A DNA stretch of 39,079 bases from Barnesiella intestinihominis (lineage in GTDB: Bacteria > Verrucomicrobiota > Kiritimatiellia > RFP12 > UBA1067): contig CAVDWI010000001.1 of assembly GCA_963612485.1 (NCBI GenBank), positions 1 to 39,079 on the forward strand, written 5' to 3'. The notes under the pieces were generated by a model. That model was not told where the DNA came from, did not search any database, and saw only the letters and a list, made by a program, of their open reading frames with translations. Within the stretch, counting starts at the first letter, position 1, and each line of letters starts with the position of its first letter. The position numbers and the translations under genes are program-made. Below are positions 35,229-39,079 of the stretch, one piece after another.

Positions 35229-35367
35229 AGACAGGATTGACAGGATTGACAGAATTCTGGGGTCGGTTATTTTTGACGCAAAGAGCGCAAAGGATGTTGA
35301 CGCTAAGAGCGCAAAGCCTTTGCGTCCCCTTTGCGTCAAAACCTTTGCGCTCTTTGCGTTGAAAACC
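35229..35367 (-). repeat. ~140-bp GCAAAG-motif repeat, copy B; inverted partner of 1476..1607
   Basis: See copy A. This copy carries one extra caggattga unit and seven or eight (A/G)CGCAAAG motifs in both orientations. It lies about 75-240 nt upstream of the -35 of the block promoter. Confidence 0.8.
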
Positions 35368-35473
35368 AGATACACTCCTCTCGTGCAACCCCCGCCCTCA
35401 CCGCCTACGCTTGAAAACTGGTAGACCGAAACACAAGCAATTCCCAGCGCTGACAAGCATAATTCTCTCCCGA

Positions 35474-35498
35474 TTCTCCCGATCTCCACGGCAAAGCC
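35474..35498 (+). repeat. Direct repeat, left copy (25-bp identical core), upstream of the Fic gene
   Basis: ttctcccgatctccacggcaaagcc is identical to 37220..37244. Both copies continue into a degenerate C-rich tail (tcccccctccccc vs cccccctgcccccc). Confidence 0.85.
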
Positions 35499-35511
35499 TC
35501 CCCCCTCCCCC

Positions 35512-35539
35512 AATCCGTGAAAATCCGTGAGATCCGTGG
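35512..35539 (+). repeat. Three tandem ATCCGTG(A/G) units with a 9-10 bp period
   Basis: The sequence is aatccgtga-a-aatccgtga-gatccgtgg. It lies about 90 nt upstream of the candidate Fic promoter. Confidence 0.6.
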
Positions 35540-35596
35540 TGATAACCCTCCACCCCCAAAAAATAGTACTTCAACACCTGAAAATGCGCATTTACC

Positions 35597-37201
35597 TTGA
35601 ATTTTCCTTACATTTCACCCGCCAACCTTGCAATCTCACCTTCATTCGTGATAAAATACGCATGTCTAAAAAATAGTAAATACGCAACCGTGAAACCACG
35701 CCGCTCATCTGAACTTGCAATTGCGCTCCGAGCACTGAAGAACCAGCAGGACTTCGGTGTCGGCAATGTCTTTCACGGATGCGACGCCCTCGGCGCGGTC
35801 AATACCAGGGTTCTTCTTCAGAACGGTTTTCTCGAACACGTCATCAAGGGTTGGTACATCGCCTCATCGCCGGCACATGCGGGAACGACCGTCTCCTGGT
35901 TCGCCTCCTATTGGTCGTTCGTCGCCGCCTACTGCAACAGCCGCTTTGGCGAGAACTGGTGTCTAACACCCGAAGAGTCCATTTCTGTCATGTGTGGAGC
36001 GACCGTCATTCCGCGTCAAGTCATCGTGCGAGTACGAAAAGGCTCAAATTCCATCCAGAAACTCCTGCACGAGACCTCGATTCTCAACATCACGGCACGC
36101 CTTCCCGTCCGTATGGAGAAAGACCCGACCTACGGTCTCAACGTCTATCCAATTCCCGAAGCCCTGTTGCACTGTTCAGCAGACTTCTATCTGAACCACC
36201 CGAAGGAAACGCGAGCCTGCCTCGCCGCGCTCGCCGCCAATGACGCGCTGGAGACGTCCGTGCAAAGCGTCAGCGAAGCCGCAGTCGGCCGCCTGATCGG
36301 CGCATTCAGAGCCATTGGACGAACCGATGTCGCAGAGACGATTCTCGCCCGGATGAAGACGGCCGGTCGCCGCATTGTCGTGTCCAATCCATTTGAACGG
36401 ACGCTTGAACCCCTACGCCCGCTCGAACGCTCGCCCATTGCCGCACGCCTTCGCCTCCTCTGGGCGGATATGCGCACACGCATATTGCCACACCTCGCGC
36501 ACGACGCTCCTTCGCCCGCCTTGCGTCCCCTTCGGGAAATCCTGAAGGACATCGATGACGGTTATGTCGCCGACTCCTATCACTCGCTCTCCATCGAGGG
36601 TTATCGCGTTTCCGAAGACCTCATCCGACGCATCGCCGGGGGCGACTGGCATCCTGACAGTCCGACAGACCAAGGCCACAGGGATGCGCTCGCCGCCTCC
36701 GGCTACTACCGCGCCTATCGCAAAGTCAGGGCATCCATCGAAGCCATCGTCAAAGGCGCAGACCCAGCCGAAACAATCGCAGCGGATATCGTCAACTGGC
36801 ATCGCGAACTCTTCCAGCCCTGCGTCGAGGCCGGGCTCCTTCGGGAATCCGACCTCCTCGGCTACCGCCGCGGACAAGTCTACATCGCCGGCTCGCGCTA
36901 CACGCCGCCCCCGGCCTCCGCCCTTCCCGATGCCATGGCGGCGTTTTTCGACCTCCTCCTATCCGAACGAGATTACCGCGTCCGCGCCCTGCTCGGACAC
37001 TTCTTCTTCGTCCACATCCACCCCTATGCCGACGGGAACGGACGCACGGCGCGTTTCATCATGAATGCCACGCTCGTCTCCGGCGGCGGACGATGGATTG
37101 TCATCCCGGTCGAGATGCGCAACCGCTATATGCAAAGCCTTGAGACCGCGAGCGTCAGCGGCAACATCGAAGACTTCGCCGCATTCATCAAATCTCTCTG
37201 A
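35597..37201 (+). CDS. Fic-family protein (class II, with an internal inhibitory helix) carrying a ~330-aa N-terminal domain of unknown function
   Basis: The Fic active-site motif is HPYADGNGRTAR (37019..37054), which fits HxFx[DE]GNGRxxR. The alpha-inh motif [ST]xxxE[GN] is SLSIEG (36584..36601), upstream of the core. The ORF track starts at TTG 35597. The in-frame GTG at 35690 (VKPRRSSELAIA...) is more likely, given the promoter at 35628..35657 and the AT-rich sequence upstream. Confidence 0.88.
   Translation: MNFPYISPANLAISPSFVIKYACLKNSKYATVKPRRSSELAIALRALKNQQDFGVGNVFHGCDALGAVNTRVLLQNGFLEHVIKGWYIASSPAHAGTTVSWFASYWSFVAAYCNSRFGENWCLTPEESISVMCGATVIPRQVIVRVRKGSNSIQKLLHETSILNITARLPVRMEKDPTYGLNVYPIPEALLHCSADFYLNHPKETRACLAALAANDALETSVQSVSEAAVGRLIGAFRAIGRTDVAETILARMKTAGRRIVVSNPFERTLEPLRPLERSPIAARLRLLWADMRTRILPHLAHDAPSPALRPLREILKDIDDGYVADSYHSLSIEGYRVSEDLIRRIAGGDWHPDSPTDQGHRDALAASGYYRAYRKVRASIEAIVKGADPAETIAADIVNWHRELFQPCVEAGLLRESDLLGYRRGQVYIAGSRYTPPPASALPDAMAAFFDLLLSERDYRVRALLGHFFFVHIHPYADGNGRTARFIMNATLVSGGGRWIVIPVEMRNRYMQSLETASVSGNIEDFAAFIKSL
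35628..35657 (+). promoter_or_regulatory. Sigma70-like promoter for the Fic gene (TTGCAA, 18-nt spacer, TGaTAAAAT)
   Basis: The -35 is TTGCAA (35628..35633) and the -10 is TAAAAT (35652..35657), separated by 18 nt. The -10 is preceded by a TGn element. The promoter lies inside the 5' end of the ORF-track model, which argues for the downstream GTG start at 35690. Confidence 0.45.
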
Positions 37202-37219
37202 CGCCAACCCCACTCCCAC

Positions 37220-37244
37220 TTCTCCCGATCTCCACGGCAAAGCC
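37220..37244 (+). repeat. Direct repeat, right copy (25-bp identical core), 19 nt after the Fic stop codon
   Basis: ttctcccgatctccacggcaaagcc is identical to 35474..35498. Confidence 0.85.
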
Positions 37245-37278
37245 CCCCCCTGCCCCCCGCCATCCCAAAAAACACGAA

Positions 37279-37302
37279 GGTCTGCGGCGTGTGCCGCAGA
37301 CC
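37279..37302 (-). terminator. Intrinsic terminator between the convergent genes, better oriented for the minus-strand gene
   Basis: A 10-bp perfect stem, ggtctgcggc pairing with gccgcagacc, encloses a 4-nt loop. On the minus strand it is followed by TTCGTGTTTTTTGGG. On the plus strand it is followed only by CCGCGTTTCGCCTTTC. Confidence 0.6.
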
Positions 37303-37327
37303 CCGCGTTTCGCCTTTCAGCGTCCGC

Positions 37328-38950
37328 TTATTCGTTCGCCGTCGTCGGCTTGACCGCCGTGACGCCGATCTTGTAGAAGCACTGCGTCGCGTCGCCCTTC
37401 GTCGGGAGCGTCAGCGCGAGCGTGGTGTCCGTCGCCTGCGCCCAGCCGACCACCGTGTATTCGGTCGCGGTCAGCGTCTCGGACTGAAGCACCGTGTAGT
37501 AGATGCCCGGCTGCGCCGTAATCGACACCGTGCTGTCGCCATCAAGCACACCGCTCAGCGTCGCCGCAAGCGCGTCGTTCGCCTCACCCGTCAGGGTTTC
37601 TTCCGCTTTTTGCGTCAGCGTCCACGTCGCCGTGTAGGTGCCATCTTCAGCCAGCGTCGCCGTCGCCTCGAACAACGCCGCATAGGCGGTCTTCTGCTCG
37701 TCCGTTATACCGTCGAACGGATCCTTGATACCCGCATTGTTAAGCGCGGTCGTCGCGGCTTCCGCCGTCGAGCCTGTCACCGTCTCGCCCGGCGCAACAG
37801 GGGTAGCCGTAACTTTATACTTGACATAGATGGTCGTCGCCTCCGTGATGGTCGTCTCGCCGAACACGAATTCGGTCGTGCAATCGCTGTTGCTATACCA
37901 GCCGACAAGCGTGTAGCCAGAAACCGTCGGAGCCGTCTGCTCGGCAACCGTGCCGCCGCTCGTGACCGAGAGTTCCGTCATCGCCCACGTCGTACCCTCG
38001 GCAAGTCCGACCGCCTGGAAGGAGACGGTGTAGGAAGTCGGCGCAGACCAAGCCGTGAACGAAGGCGCATCCTCATCCGACGACGCGACAATCATCAGGT
38101 CGTCAATCGCGCCCGTTCCCTCAAAACCAACGGAGGTAAGGGTCTGACCGTTATCGACATCCCCGCCGACCAAACACGGCAGAAGTTTCTTGTCTGTCCG
38201 ATAAGCCTTAGCTTCAGCATTATATTCAGTCAATTCATCCGCAAACAATGCGGTATACGCAGCATCGTCAGACACAGCAACGGCAACACCGTCCACATAA
38301 ACGACAAAACCAAGAACACCACCCCCATTGCCAGTTGCAATCGTCTTTACGGAGATACGCGCCCATGTTTCTGCAGTAACGGCTGCGTTAAGCGCAACAG
38401 TGGCCGTTATAGGATTGCCACTTTCGTCATTGGGGATACCGCCGAACGCATCAATTGTGCCGCAGGTTGCCATCAGGCTGTAGGTCGTGCCCGAATCATT
38501 CTCGGTCGACTGAAGCCAGAGGATGAACTTGTCGCCGTCATTGACGGTCGGGGCTTCGTCCGTCGCCGTGAACTTCACGAGCGTATCGACGACATAGGAG
38601 TTATCCGCGTCAACCGTAACCGCACCCGCGCTCGCCGCGAAATTGCGGCGAAGAACCACGTTGGAATCCGTTTCGAGATTGAGATACTTCGAGCCGGGAC
38701 CACCAAACGCGGCAGTGTTCGCTGTGGGATTTCCGTAGGTATACGCCGCGCCATCATCGTATGTCTTGACCGTGATGCCGCTTGTATCCGTCGGTGCGTT
38801 CCACATTCCGTCTTCGAGATTGAATGTACTCGTCTCAGTTGACGCGGCGTCCTCAAACCCCTGCGTTGTTTTTGTGTATGTTACTGTATCCGCCGCCCAA
38901 GCACCCGCCGTGAGCGCCGCCGCCATTGATGCTATCAGTAGTTTTTTCAT
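37328..38950 (-). CDS. Secreted protein with an N-terminal LamG-like region, a Listeria-Bacteroides (InlB B-type) repeat and a C-terminal beta module
   Basis: The signal peptide is MKKLLIASMAAALTAGAWA|AD, starting at the ATG at 38948..38950 after an AGGAG ribosome-binding site. The ORF-track start at 39028 lies upstream of the predicted promoter. GYTLVGWYSNSDCTTEFVFGETTITEATTIYVKY (about 37810..38035) matches the Flg_new / Listeria-Bacteroides repeat consensus GYxFxGWYxDxxxTxxFxFxTxITxDxTLYAKW. Confidence 0.75.
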   Translation of the reverse strand: MKKLLIASMAAALTAGAWAADTVTYTKTTQGFEDAASTETSTFNLEDGMWNAPTDTSGITVKTYDDGAAYTYGNPTANTAAFGGPGSKYLNLETDSNVVLRRNFAASAGAVTVDADNSYVVDTLVKFTATDEAPTVNDGDKFILWLQSTENDSGTTYSLMATCGTIDAFGGIPNDESGNPITATVALNAAVTAETWARISVKTIATGNGGGVLGFVVYVDGVAVAVSDDAAYTALFADELTEYNAEAKAYRTDKKLLPCLVGGDVDNGQTLTSVGFEGTGAIDDLMIVASSDEDAPSFTAWSAPTSYTVSFQAVGLAEGTTWAMTELSVTSGGTVAEQTAPTVSGYTLVGWYSNSDCTTEFVFGETTITEATTIYVKYKVTATPVAPGETVTGSTAEAATTALNNAGIKDPFDGITDEQKTAYAALFEATATLAEDGTYTATWTLTQKAEETLTGEANDALAATLSGVLDGDSTVSITAQPGIYYTVLQSETLTATEYTVVGWAQATDTTLALTLPTKGDATQCFYKIGVTAVKPTTANE

Positions 38951-38999
38951 AGTGTTTTCTCCTGTTTCGCCACCGACACCTCTATCGGCGGACAAGTGA

Positions 39000-39028
39000 A
39001 TCATATCAAAAACGACTTCAGGTTGCAA
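39000..39028 (-). promoter_or_regulatory. Sigma70-like promoter for the 540-aa secreted-protein gene (TTGCAA, 17-nt spacer, TATGAT)
   Basis: On the minus strand the -35 is TTGCAA (39023..39028) and the -10 is TATGAT (39000..39005), separated by 17 nt. Confidence 0.4.
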
Positions 39029-39079
39029 GGGGGCGAATGAAGTTTTTTTCGCGGCGGTTTGTGCGACCCCGTGCGAAGT

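Noticed and set aside
1476-35367. The inverted repeat pair might act as an invertible on/off promoter switch for the 33-kb block.
   Set aside because: The block's promoter (35126..35155) lies inside the bracket and would invert together with its genes. No invertase or recombinase gene is in the window. Inversion is therefore kept only as a minor alternative within the repeat finding.
35127-35513. ORFs of 128 aa (minus strand) and 181 aa (plus strand, 34879..35424) lie in the pilin-Fic intergenic region. A 67-aa ORF at 1431..1634 is a similar case.
   Set aside because: They are read straight through the GCAAAG repeat array, the promoter and the direct repeat (giving, for example, DAKSAKDVDAKSAK). 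Their 'coding' content is the repeat itself, and none has a ribosome-binding site.
39011-39050. A weak hairpin (acttca / tgaagt, with a 17-nt loop) followed by T7 on the plus strand might be a terminator.
   Set aside because: The stem is only 6 bp with a long loop, and it overlaps the predicted -35 of the minus-strand promoter. No plus-strand gene ends upstream of it within the window.

Overview
This is a high-GC bacterial chromosomal window, roughly 60-65% GC by eye, coded almost entirely on the minus strand.

- **Left edge:** the N-terminus of purM and a class II fructose-bisphosphate aldolase.
- **Core (1750..35120, minus strand):** a ~33-kb co-directional, tightly packed 12-gene block. 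In transcription order it holds:
  - a prepilin-type (DUF1559/H-X9-DG-like) pseudopilin;
  - a 2,942-aa secreted giant protein, a small lipoprotein, and a 4,010-aa secreted giant protein;
  - ackA, pta and kdsD;
  - five genes matching, in order and architecture, the Akkermansia Amuc_1102..Amuc_1098 type IV pilus-like cluster. These are a secreted protein, a PilM-PilN fusion, an Amuc_1100-like protein, an Amuc_1099-like protein (zinc ribbon plus thrombospondin-type-3-like Ca-binding repeats), and a large atypical secretin.
- **Likely organism:** this content suggests the PVC superphylum (Verrucomicrobiota, Kiritimatiellota or Lentisphaerota).
- **Bracketing repeats:** the block is flanked by inverted copies of a ~130-bp repeat rich in GCAAAG motifs.
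- **Right side:** a class II Fic gene flanked by 25-bp identical direct repeats, and a convergent secreted protein with a LamG-like region and a Listeria-Bacteroides repeat.
- **Regulatory signals:** several sigma70-like promoters, three of them sharing a TTGCAA -35 hexamer, and two clear intrinsic terminators are visible.
- **Not found:** I recognised no rRNA, tRNA, CRISPR array, transposase or integrase.
- **Plus-strand ORFs:** the many long plus-strand ORFs in the track are antisense shadows of the real genes.

All homology statements come from by-eye motif recognition. No searches were run.
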